From: Chthonomonadales bacterium
GTDB lineage: Bacteria > Armatimonadota > Chthonomonadetes > Chthonomonadales > Chthonomonadaceae
Reading direction: 5' to 3'
Assembly (NCBI GenBank): GCA_038217285.1
Contig: JBBQPO010000039.1
Location: 1-29,812, forward strand
Length of the DNA stretch: 29,812 nt
Shown: in pieces, positions 9,260 through 17,985 of the stretch
Numbering within the stretch: the stretch's first letter is position 1
Layout: every line of letters begins with the position of its first letter
Notes under the pieces: model-generated
Seen by the model: the letters and a program-made list of their open reading frames with translations, nothing else
Databases searched by the model: none
What the model was told of the DNA's origin: nothing
Made by a program: the position numbers and the translations under genes

Positions 9260-11281
9260 CTACTCGCCCGGCGCCAGGATCCCTTCCAGCTCCACTCCCC
9301 ACGCCTGATCATCGTTCAGGCCGCGCAGCAGCAGCGAGCGCCGCTTATCCCTCAACTTGCAGACCGTCTCGACATAGGTTGCATGCGACCATGTCAGTGG
9401 AGAGACGGAGAGCGGCGCTCCGGAGAAGGGATTGATCTGCTCGGCGAGCACCCCCGACGGCAGGGCATGATCGATACACCACCGGATCAACGCGATCGGC
9501 TTCTCCAGTTCGCTCACGAAGCGGGCGCGGCGAATATGCCACTGCGCCAGCCACAGCGTACAGAGGAACCATGGATTGCCGGGCACACGCTCGAAGTCGC
9601 CGGTGCAGCAGTAGTAGGTATCGCGTTCGTAGCGCGCCAGCCCGCCAACATCCGTCTTGACCCAGAGTTTCTGCTCCAACTGCTCCATCGTAGAGATGAG
9701 GCGAGGGTCGTCGGGGCCGAGGAACCGGCAGAGAAAGAGCCCGCACAGGCCAGCATCAAGCGTCGCATCGACGGTAATTTCGCGCTTCTCCACGCTGATG
9801 GATCGTACAAACCGGTCGCGCTCCTTGTCGAACAGATAGGCATCGGCGGCCAGACGTATCTCATCGGCGGCGGCAAGATAGCGGTTCTCGCGCTCGCGAT
9901 CTCCGAAGATACCCGCGAATTTGGCGGCGGCCTGCAAACCTGCCCACACGGTCGCGACGGTGAAGGTATGGATGCCACGCCGCTCTTCCCACAGGTCCCA
10001 GCACATATCGGGCAGGCGCGTGATCGGTTCGCGGAAGCTGGCAAGGAAATCGCCTGCCGGCTCGATCAGAGGGCGATAGACGCCGCGCAGAAAGTCGACG
10101 TCGCCGGTACGTTCGAAATGCTCCCCGAGGGCGTAGAGCACGAGCGCGGTTTCGTCTTCCTGGATCGGCAACTGGGCGTCGCCGTCGCGACTGGCCCACG
10201 GATGCCAGGAAGAGCCGACTGTGCCGTCCGGATTGTATTTGTGCCAGAAATAGCCGCTCGGGTCGACGATCTGGGCGCACAACTGGAAGAAGCGGCGCGT
10301 GACTTCGTGATAACCGGCGAGATCGAGGGCATGCGCCACGAGCGCGCCGTCGCGCGGCCAGAGATAGGAGTACGAATCGCGATTGTACTGCAGTACGTCC
10401 GAGTCGTTTGCCGCCAGGATCGCGCCGCCGTTGTCGATCTGTGTTCGCAGAATCAGCAGGCTCCGCCGATAGAAGCGCGTGATGTCTTCCGGCATATCGG
10501 CGGGAATGTCGCCTTTCGTGACCCAGTACTGCCAGTAGGTGCGCACCCGCTGTAGGATCGTTTCCGGTCCCACGTCGCGAATCTCGTGATCGAGGCGTGT
10601 GACAGCGGCGAGATTCTCTCCGGCACAGATCCAGTAGTAGGCGGAGGCTTTGTCTTTGACCCGCACCATGACACGCCCGACGGAATCGACGCTGCCCTGC
10701 GCGATCGGATTGCGGCCCAGCGAGCCGTCTTCAGCATCGCGCCAGGTTCCCTGCGCTTCATTGTGGCCGATGATACCCGTGGCATAGGAGGAGAGGCCCC
10801 ATTCGCGCCCATTCGTTCCGCTGATCAGAAACCAGTGGTGCGCCTTATAGTGCAGCAGGGCGCGGCGGTTGGGATCGTAATAGGCGGTGTCGCCCTCGCG
10901 AGAGCCGTTGATATTCAGATCCTGGTGCCAGAAGAGCCGCACATCGCGCTCGTAGTCCCACAGGTTCTCCACTTCGACTTTCCGCAGAAAAATGTCCAAG
11001 TTGCAGTCGACGCAGTCGTGGCACACGAGCGACAGCCCCATCTCCCGGTTGACGAGGCGAACATCGGTGACGAGCGTGTCTTCCTCATACTTTAGAGTCC
11101 GTTCCCAGCCTTCGTCTCCCGTCCAGGAGAGTTTGCCATCGGCCCAGACTCCGAACCGCCAGGGCGAACCCAGCGTGTGGTTTTGCTGCCCGACATGGGG
11201 AAAATAGAGCTCTCGCAGGTTGTACTTATCGTCGAAGGCGATCAGCAGATTGCCATTGCAAACGGGCAGGTCTCGCGGCAT
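9260..11281 (-). CDS. Glycoside hydrolase family 15 (glucoamylase/trehalase-like)
   Basis: YSYLWPRDG, DLWEER (catalytic acid region), LAEQ (catalytic base region), PLTWSHA; start moved to MPRDL with GGAGA RBS. Confidence 0.92.
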   Translation of the reverse strand: MPRDLPVCNGNLLIAFDDKYNLRELYFPHVGQQNHTLGSPWRFGVWADGKLSWTGDEGWERTLKYEEDTLVTDVRLVNREMGLSLVCHDCVDCNLDIFLRKVEVENLWDYERDVRLFWHQDLNINGSREGDTAYYDPNRRALLHYKAHHWFLISGTNGREWGLSSYATGIIGHNEAQGTWRDAEDGSLGRNPIAQGSVDSVGRVMVRVKDKASAYYWICAGENLAAVTRLDHEIRDVGPETILQRVRTYWQYWVTKGDIPADMPEDITRFYRRSLLILRTQIDNGGAILAANDSDVLQYNRDSYSYLWPRDGALVAHALDLAGYHEVTRRFFQLCAQIVDPSGYFWHKYNPDGTVGSSWHPWASRDGDAQLPIQEDETALVLYALGEHFERTGDVDFLRGVYRPLIEPAGDFLASFREPITRLPDMCWDLWEERRGIHTFTVATVWAGLQAAAKFAGIFGDRERENRYLAAADEIRLAADAYLFDKERDRFVRSISVEKREITVDATLDAGLCGLFLCRFLGPDDPRLISTMEQLEQKLWVKTDVGGLARYERDTYYCCTGDFERVPGNPWFLCTLWLAQWHIRRARFVSELEKPIALIRWCIDHALPSGVLAEQINPFSGAPLSVSPLTWSHATYVETVCKLRDKRRSLLLRGLNDDQAWGVELEGILAPGE

Positions 11282-11364
11282 GATGTCTCTCCAAAAGTTA
11301 GATTGAAGCCTCCCCGTCCTGCCGCGTCGCGGACGGGGGACTCGTGCGGGTCGGCAGGGAGGCG

Positions 11365-12264
11365 TTAGCCGTGTTCCACAAGCCGTCTCTCCGCTGTCGA
11401 TAGCGATGTATGGGTGTCTTCGATGACAAGCTGCCCGCCCATCCACCGTGCGGAAGCCAGCCGAACGGGATGGGCGGAAGGCGGGAGAAAGCGGTGGAGT
11501 TGGGCGTCGAACTGCGCCGTCTCACCCGTCGTCGTCAGGCAGTAGGGTGCAGGATGCGCCGACTGGGAAGCCAGGCCGCGATTTTTGACCTCGTACCTTA
11601 ATTCCAGGACCGTCTGTTCGGCAGGGTTCACGAAACAGATGTCGGGGGCTACCTTTTGAAGCACGGAAAGCAGAAAGGGATAGTGCGTACATCCGAGCAC
11701 GACCGTATCGACTCCGGCATCCATCAGGGGCGTCATATACTCCTGGGCGGCACGGAAAGCAGCAGGTGTCGAGATGGCATCCGCTTCTACGAGCGGGACG
11801 AAATCCGGACAGGGCACTTCCTGCACATAAATTTCTGGGTCGAGAGCATGAAGGATCCGCGTGTACGCCGCGCTCCGGGCCGTTCCAACGGTCGTGAGAA
11901 CCCCGATCCTGCCATTGGCGGTCGCCCTTGCCGCCGCGCGCGCTCCCGGCTCGATAACTCCGAGAACGAGCGTGTTCGGATTTTCGGCCTGGACGGTATG
12001 CAGCGCGGTTGCGGAAGAGATGTTGCACGCCATCACGACGGCCTTGCATTCGGCTCGTAACAGGCCTTCGCTGATGCCGCAGGCGAATCCGCACACTTCC
12101 GACAGGTCACGTCCACCGTACGGAACATGGGCCTGGTCCGCCACGAAGAGAATGCGTTCCTGTGGTAAAAACCGCATCATCTGGCTGACGACTGTCAGCC
12201 CTCCGAGGCCGGAATCAAAAACGCCTATCGGAGCGTTGGAATCAACCATCGAACGCGGCCTCAC
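11365..12264 (-). CDS. murI: Glutamate racemase
   Basis: FDSGLGGLTV, VPYG, ACN, LGCTHYP; alternative ATG start at 12249. Confidence 0.97.
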   Translation of the reverse strand: MRPRSMVDSNAPIGVFDSGLGGLTVVSQMMRFLPQERILFVADQAHVPYGGRDLSEVCGFACGISEGLLRAECKAVVMACNISSATALHTVQAENPNTLVLGVIEPGARAAARATANGRIGVLTTVGTARSAAYTRILHALDPEIYVQEVPCPDFVPLVEADAISTPAAFRAAQEYMTPLMDAGVDTVVLGCTHYPFLLSVLQKVAPDICFVNPAEQTVLELRYEVKNRGLASQSAHPAPYCLTTTGETAQFDAQLHRFLPPSAHPVRLASARWMGGQLVIEDTHTSLSTAERRLVEHG

Positions 12265-12764
12265 TTTCCTCCGCCCTGCCCCTCTCCCCCGGTAGTTGGA
12301 GCGCCGTCCCGGACAGGAAAGGGGGTTGTCCAGTCCGTATTCTGACTGTCGAACGGCTTGCCTTCCACCGTGACGCGCATTTTCTGCACCTCGGGGAACT
12401 TCGCTAACGTGGCCCGCAGGGCCTTCATAGCCATTGATTCTGTAGTATCCCCACTATTGGCCAGCGCATTAAACCCTTTGCTGAAATCCAGGACGGCGAT
12501 GCCCTCTTTCACATCGAGAGTGATCAACTGGGTCCCTTTGGGAAAGGGGGAGGAGCCCTGCTCTGCCAGCAGGCGCGTCAGTGCGTCCTTGATCGGTGTC
12601 ATCCCTCCCGGCGCCGTCGGAACCACAACCGCTTCCTTCTGGACCGGTGCAACGGGCGCAAGGGCGGCCTGTACGGGAGCAGCCACAGGTTCATTGTGGC
12701 AGCCGTAAAGCGCCGCCCCCAGTAGAATCACGCAGGGCAGAGCAAACCGAAGGCGATTAGTCAT
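12261..12764 (-). CDS. GerMN domain lipoprotein
   Basis: Lipobox LYGC; FPKGTQL...AVLDFS...TLAKFPEVQKMRVTVEG pattern typical of GerMN; adjacent to murI. Confidence 0.8.
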   Translation of the reverse strand: MTNRLRFALPCVILLGAALYGCHNEPVAAPVQAALAPVAPVQKEAVVVPTAPGGMTPIKDALTRLLAEQGSSPFPKGTQLITLDVKEGIAVLDFSKGFNALANSGDTTESMAMKALRATLAKFPEVQKMRVTVEGKPFDSQNTDWTTPFPVRDGAPTTGGEGQGGGK

Positions 12765-12773
12765 GAGAGCTCC

Positions 12774-14840
12774 CTATTTGCCGTCCTCCCTTCCATTGCC
12801 TGTTTCTGTCGGATTTACGGGCGGAGGGTCGTTGAACGGCTTGGTGGTATCACTGGAACTGGACGGGTTCGGCGCGGTAGGCGTTCCTTCGACATAGCGA
12901 CGCAGACCGTCGCAGACAGCCTGAGCCACACGCTGTTGGAATCCTTCGTCCGTCAACTTACGCCGGTCATTCATATTATTGATATAGGCCACTTCACACA
13001 GGACGGCCGGCATTTTGCTGTCGCGCAGCACGGAGAAACCACTCTGGTACATGATGGTGTCGGAGAGGACTCCCCGGCTCGGCAGCCCCGTCACCGCCAT
13101 GACCGCCTCCTGCACACAGGTGGCAAGGGCACGACTGCTGGCATCCTGATTATGGTAGTAAGTACTGGTTCCCGAGGCCGAATTGGCGGATCCGTTGGAG
13201 TCGTTGTGGATGCTGACGAACAGGTCCGCGCCGGTATCGTTGGCAAGGCCGGATCGCGCCGTAAGCGCCACATCGATATCCCTATTACGCGTCATGATGA
13301 CCCGCGCGCCGCACGCCTCCAGACACTCCTTCAGTTTGAGTGCGATCGCCAGCGTGACGTTCTTCTCGTAGACGACTCCGCCTCCCTTTCCGAGCGCTCC
13401 GGTCGCCGAACCGCCGTGTCCGGCATCGACGACGATCACCTTGTCCGAGAGCGCGCCGGTCGCATTGCGCGGCAGGATCAGATCGAGCGCGATATGGTCG
13501 TTGGTCTGATCGAATCGGTAACCGACCACACGGGCCGTGTCCAGAACGATCCGCGTCATCGGCGGGCTATCCTGCTCCTGGCGGGCGTGAATTCCCCGCA
13601 CCAGTCGATGGGTGCAGGTCGTCTCCGCGTCTTCCGGGTTGGGCAGAGTCAACAGGGCATTCGGAATATCCATGACCATCTGGGTCGTTCCCGGCACATA
13701 ATGGATATACGGCAGCACTTTGCCGCTCATCGCCACCTCGACATGGAACTGCGTGTCGTTGTCCGTTGTGAACGATATTCCCCGCACCTCGACTGGCCTG
13801 ACAAAGGTACGCGACGCCAGATTACCGGCACTGGGACGCCCCATATTGGGACGTGTTTTCGCGGGCGCGCCTTTCACGACGTTTCCTGATGTTTTGGAGT
13901 TTCCCGAACCTGCGCCGGCGACGCTTTTCGGTGGGTCGGTCTTCTCGGCCTGGCGGATCGTCTTGCCCGCCGCACCGCTAACGTCGTGGGTGTGATCGGC
14001 GGAGGACTGTCTCCCACCGGGAGCGCCCTGGGTGCCAACTGCCACATGGCTTGGCACCCTTTCGACCCCGGCGACGATCCTGATTTCAGAGTTGGAAGTC
14101 GAGTCGCTGGCTTTCAGTTCCGAACCATCTGCCAGGTCGACCACGATGCGGGCGACATCGACGCTATTCTGGCCCGTGCGAATCTTAAGGGGACGCGGGT
14201 CTTCGCTCGGCAGGGCGGCTGGCTTAAACTCGTCGGCGACCAGCGCGCCCACCAGATCGATATATCCCCGCATCGGCTTCGCTTCCGCTATCGATCGGAT
14301 ATGGAAGGGAACCGGGAAACTTGTGGTGACATGCAGTCCGTTTCCGTCCCAACTCGCGCCCGTAACGCGGGCCAACAGATAGATCGTGTCCCCCTTTGTG
14401 CCTACGATAGGCTTGCCGTCCTTGGCGAGGGCGTCCGGCTGTGCGACGGCGCCGTCCACGAGCTTCGCCACATCTGAAAGGGCGACCATCGGCGCTCCAT
14501 TGGGCTTCGCGAGCGCGAGCTCGCCGTGACGCTCGGGCGTCTTCAAAGTGACTAGCACGGCATCACCGCGATCGTTTACATGCCAGTCTGCCCCGAAAAG
14601 CGCCAGCACATCCAGCGGCACATAGGTTTCCACGCCGTCTGAGATAGAAGGAATGCGGTTGGCAACCTCTTTGCCAGCAATGCGGATATGAACAGGTCTC
14701 CATCCATCGGCCGCGTGCGCGGGCATGCCGGCAGCGATTATCATGGCGAGCAGAACGGACTGTCCCCAACAGCCCGTAAAGGAGAGCTTGAACCGTCGAA
14801 CAAACGGGGTTTTCACAGAGTCGTAGGGTATAAACTGCAC
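12774..14840 (-). CDS. N-acetylmuramoyl-L-alanine amidase (Amidase_3) with probable AMIN-like domains
   Basis: VDAGHGG...EK...SIHND...LCEVAY catalytic residues; signal-like segment ending AHA; RIVVDL and RIVLDT strands; low-complexity linker. GTG start at 14840 chosen from RBS-like AAGGTAGG and the upstream promoter. Confidence 0.88.
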   Translation of the reverse strand: MQFIPYDSVKTPFVRRFKLSFTGCWGQSVLLAMIIAAGMPAHAADGWRPVHIRIAGKEVANRIPSISDGVETYVPLDVLALFGADWHVNDRGDAVLVTLKTPERHGELALAKPNGAPMVALSDVAKLVDGAVAQPDALAKDGKPIVGTKGDTIYLLARVTGASWDGNGLHVTTSFPVPFHIRSIAEAKPMRGYIDLVGALVADEFKPAALPSEDPRPLKIRTGQNSVDVARIVVDLADGSELKASDSTSNSEIRIVAGVERVPSHVAVGTQGAPGGRQSSADHTHDVSGAAGKTIRQAEKTDPPKSVAGAGSGNSKTSGNVVKGAPAKTRPNMGRPSAGNLASRTFVRPVEVRGISFTTDNDTQFHVEVAMSGKVLPYIHYVPGTTQMVMDIPNALLTLPNPEDAETTCTHRLVRGIHARQEQDSPPMTRIVLDTARVVGYRFDQTNDHIALDLILPRNATGALSDKVIVVDAGHGGSATGALGKGGGVVYEKNVTLAIALKLKECLEACGARVIMTRNRDIDVALTARSGLANDTGADLFVSIHNDSNGSANSASGTSTYYHNQDASSRALATCVQEAVMAVTGLPSRGVLSDTIMYQSGFSVLRDSKMPAVLCEVAYINNMNDRRKLTDEGFQQRVAQAVCDGLRRYVEGTPTAPNPSSSSDTTKPFNDPPPVNPTETGNGREDGK

Positions 14841-14991
14841 GATATTGCACCTACCTTTGCCGGAAGATCTGGGACGCTGAGAAACGAGTGAAGGCCGTGA
14901 GGCGGAAATAGTGATAAGCCTGTCGGAACGATGAGCGGGGGTTTCATCGGTTCCGAAGCAGGCGGAAAACGTACTCTCGAACTTGTCACTC

Positions 14992-15021
14992 AGTATAACG
15001 CAAAAACGAAGGTAATGTCCA
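14992..15021 (-). promoter_or_regulatory. sigma70-type promoter of the amidase cluster
   Basis: TGGACA-N18-TATACT on the minus strand. Confidence 0.55.
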
Positions 15022-15145
15022 GCCGTGACAACTTTTTTTGAACCTGCAAGGCAGGCGTTCCGGCATACGGTGGAGAACAGTACCGTATCACGCATTCCGC
15101 CTCCACACCGTTTTGTGGGCATGGCGGTCAACGAAGGGTGTTGAC

Positions 15146-15904
15146 ATGATAGAGATGACAGGCAAACATATATTCATTGCCGGAGGAAGCCGGGGGATCG
15201 GCGCGGCGACAGCGCAGATGGCGGCGCAGGCGGGAGCGCGGGTCAGTATCAACTATGTGCAGGGAGCGGCGGCGGCAGAGAAGATCGCCGCCGACATCAC
15301 GGCGCAGGGCGGTCGGGCCTGCGCCGTTCAGGCCGATATCTCGGAGGAAGGTTCCGTAGAGGTCGCCATGGACGCCGCTATCGCACAGCTGGGTCCGTTG
15401 ACCGGATTGGTTGTGTCCGCCGGCATATTCGAGGGCCTACCGATCGAGGAGATGACCGCAGCGTTTTGGGACCGCACCATGGCGATCAATCTGCGCGGAA
15501 CATTTCTCGCCGTTCGGGCGGCCGTCACCCGGCTTCGTGCCGTGGGGCAGGGCGGCAGCATCGTAATCTACACCTCGACCGCCGGCCAGCGCGGATCAGC
15601 CGTCTATTCGGCCTATGCAACGTCCAAAGCGGCCCAGATCGTCTTCGGCCGCTCGATGGCGATGGAACTGGCGCCCGACCGCATTCGTGTCAACTGCATA
15701 GCGCCGGCGTGGACCGAAACCGATATGGTCACCGAAAAGATCGATTCCATCGGGCGTGAGTCGGTCGTACGGGGATTCCCTCTCGGACGCATCGGCCTCC
15801 CCGACGACATCGCCGGTGCGACCTGCTTTCTGCTCAGCGACATGGCAGGGTTTATCACGGGAGCTACGCTGACTGTGGACGGTGGCATGGATATGCGCGG
15901 GTAA
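15146..15904 (+). CDS. SDR family oxidoreductase (FabG-like)
   Basis: GGSRGIG, YATSK catalytic motif, RVNCIAP, ITG..LTVDGG. Confidence 0.92.
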   Translation: MIEMTGKHIFIAGGSRGIGAATAQMAAQAGARVSINYVQGAAAAEKIAADITAQGGRACAVQADISEEGSVEVAMDAAIAQLGPLTGLVVSAGIFEGLPIEEMTAAFWDRTMAINLRGTFLAVRAAVTRLRAVGQGGSIVIYTSTAGQRGSAVYSAYATSKAAQIVFGRSMAMELAPDRIRVNCIAPAWTETDMVTEKIDSIGRESVVRGFPLGRIGLPDDIAGATCFLLSDMAGFITGATLTVDGGMDMRG

Positions 15905-15934
15905 GCGCGTATGGATGTGCGCGGGTAAGTGCGT
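15887..15934 (+). repeat. 24-bp tandem duplication of the SDR 3' end
   Basis: ATGGATATGCGCGGGTAAGCGCGT / ATGGATGTGCGCGGGTAAGTGCGT, 22/24 identical. Confidence 0.85.
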
Positions 15935-16088
15935 GTCGATGCGAAGCGGGTGTGCAGACAGAATCGCGACGGTGAACGAACACAAGCAGGAACACGACGG
16001 AGGAATGGTGAACAGTCTCCTATCCCGCTGCAAGCCCGCCCTCCCTGCCGAGGCCGGGCAGCGGCCCAATCCCGCCCTTGGAGAAGCC

Positions 16089-17339
16089 ATGACGCCCAGG
16101 ATGCAGGAGATCCTTTACGAGATCAGTGTGCTGTACGACCCGGACCCGAACGTCATTTTCGAACGCATCGCCCAGGCGATCGGGGACTACTACTCCGGCG
16201 CGATGGCGATGGTCAATCTGTCGGTGGAAGGGTGTCTTCAGTTCCGGGCCATGGTAAATCCGCATCGTATCATCCGTCGCCTCTCCACCAACTCCGTTCA
16301 AGGAACCTTCTGCTTCCTCACGCTTCAATCCATGGGGCCAATGCTCATTCAGGACGCAACGCAACGTCCAGACCTTGACGGTCACCCGGCGATCCACTTC
16401 AAACTGACGCGCTACCTCGGCGTTCCAGTGATCAGTTCGCAAGGAGTGGCGCTGGGGACGCTCTGCTTCCTCGATGGTCGTTCCGACGATCTGCTCAGCG
16501 ATCCCGATGTTCAGTTCATGTCGTTGCTGGCTATGCGGGTCAGCGCGGAAGTGGAGCGCGAACGCACGGCGCTGGCGCGTCTGGAAGAGCACCGTGTGGC
16601 GGCGGAACATACAAGCTCTTTGGTGGCGCAGTTGCAGGCCAGCGCCGAGGAAAAGCGGCGATTCGTCAGCATGGTCATCCATGATTTACGGCATCCCCTT
16701 GCAACAATGCAGACCGTGCTCTATCTGCTTCGCGCCGAGGACAACCTGCAAGAACGGGATCTCTATCTCGACACGATGGAGAATCGCACACGGGCGCTCG
16801 CCGGTCTTCTCGACGGACTGACACAGTACCATCAGATCGAAGCAGGTCGGATTCCGCTCCAGTTACGCCCCCTCGACCTTTCCCCGCATCTCAGGGAGTG
16901 CGTCACGAACTTTACCCCGGACCTGACCGAATGCGCGGTTCAGTGTGTTTGTGAAATCGATCCCGATCTCGGAACGGTGCTCATAGACGGCGACAAGCTG
17001 ACGCATATCATGTTGAATCTGCTCTCGAATGCGCTCAAATTTACCCCGGAAGGTCAGATACGGGTGCGGGCCTACTCCACCCCATCCTGTACCTGGACTC
17101 TGGAAGTCGAGGATACCGGTATAGGCATTCGACCAGGGGACCAGGAGAAAATTTTCGAGGAGTTCTACCGCGCCCCCTCCGCCGACCACTCCATTCGTGC
17201 CGGCTCCGGTCTGGGCCTCGCGATTGTGAAGCGCTTATGCGACGTGCTGCAGGGGCGTGTCGAGGTGAAAAGCACGTATGGTCAGGGCACTCTGTTCCGC
17301 ATTACGTTTCCCCGTGAAATCGAACAGCGAGCGGAATGA
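16089..17339 (+). CDS. GAF-domain sensor histidine kinase (cytoplasmic)
   Basis: GAF (YLGVPV...LGTLCFLD), H-box HDLRHPL, N-box NLLSNALKF, EDTGIGI, GSGLGL; no TM segment; start uncertain. Confidence 0.9.
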   Translation: MTPRMQEILYEISVLYDPDPNVIFERIAQAIGDYYSGAMAMVNLSVEGCLQFRAMVNPHRIIRRLSTNSVQGTFCFLTLQSMGPMLIQDATQRPDLDGHPAIHFKLTRYLGVPVISSQGVALGTLCFLDGRSDDLLSDPDVQFMSLLAMRVSAEVERERTALARLEEHRVAAEHTSSLVAQLQASAEEKRRFVSMVIHDLRHPLATMQTVLYLLRAEDNLQERDLYLDTMENRTRALAGLLDGLTQYHQIEAGRIPLQLRPLDLSPHLRECVTNFTPDLTECAVQCVCEIDPDLGTVLIDGDKLTHIMLNLLSNALKFTPEGQIRVRAYSTPSCTWTLEVEDTGIGIRPGDQEKIFEEFYRAPSADHSIRAGSGLGLAIVKRLCDVLQGRVEVKSTYGQGTLFRITFPREIEQRAE

Positions 17340-17349
17340 TCGCCGGTTT

Positions 17350-17985
17350 CTAACTGCGGAGAACGGCGCGGACGGGGCAGCCGTCAGCCCCTTCCAGTCG
17401 TAAGGGCAGCGCGATCAGTTCGTAAAATCCGTCCGGCACGGCTCTAAGATCGACTCCCTCTAAAATGGCGATCTCACAGGCTCCGAGCGCATGGTGCACG
17501 GGCAGGTCTTTACTGTCGATCTGATCCACAGACGGCAGATCGACGCCTAACAGTACAACTCCGTGAGCGTGCAGCCACTCGGGAACGTCGGCATCGAGCA
17601 CGGGGATACGGTCGGGAAACCGGGTGTCGTCCGGCCAGCCGTTCGTCCGCAGCAACAGTCGGGGAGCCTGCAGCCATTGCGCGCCGATGTCCTCGCGCGT
17701 AATCACCGCTCTTCCCTCGACTCCAACCACAGCCGCCGGGCCGATATACGTTTCGAGCCTCAACTCCCCTACCGTTTTGCCTTTGTCATCGTAATGGTAA
17801 GGCGCATCGATATGAGTTCCGGTGTGGGGACTCATGGCTATCGAGCCGAGATTCACCGCCGCCCCCTCACGAAGTCGGCAGAGCATCTCAAACTGATAGG
17901 GTGTATCACCGGGCCAACCGGCCAATATGCGGGAAACAGGCCGGCTGATGTCATAGATGCGTCCGGGTGATGAGGCGCTGTTCAT
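17350..17985 (-). CDS. kynB: Kynurenine formamidase (cyclase family)
   Basis: HTGTHIDAPYH, GVDLPSVD, ELIALPL...DGCPVRA; ATGA overlap with kynU. Confidence 0.88.
   Translation of the reverse strand: MNSASSPGRIYDISRPVSRILAGWPGDTPYQFEMLCRLREGAAVNLGSIAMSPHTGTHIDAPYHYDDKGKTVGELRLETYIGPAAVVGVEGRAVITREDIGAQWLQAPRLLLRTNGWPDDTRFPDRIPVLDADVPEWLHAHGVVLLGVDLPSVDQIDSKDLPVHHALGACEIAILEGVDLRAVPDGFYELIALPLRLEGADGCPVRAVLRS

Noticed and set aside
9194..10555. 453-aa plus-strand ORF, and similar ORFs at 2722-3696, 12936-13889, 20177-21019 and 26622-27521
   Set aside because: Antisense to well-supported genes; no recognisable domains
14841..14990. c-di-AMP (ydaO) riboswitch before the amidase
   Set aside because: The conserved GCTGAA, GGGG.GAATC and CAGCTAAC elements are missing
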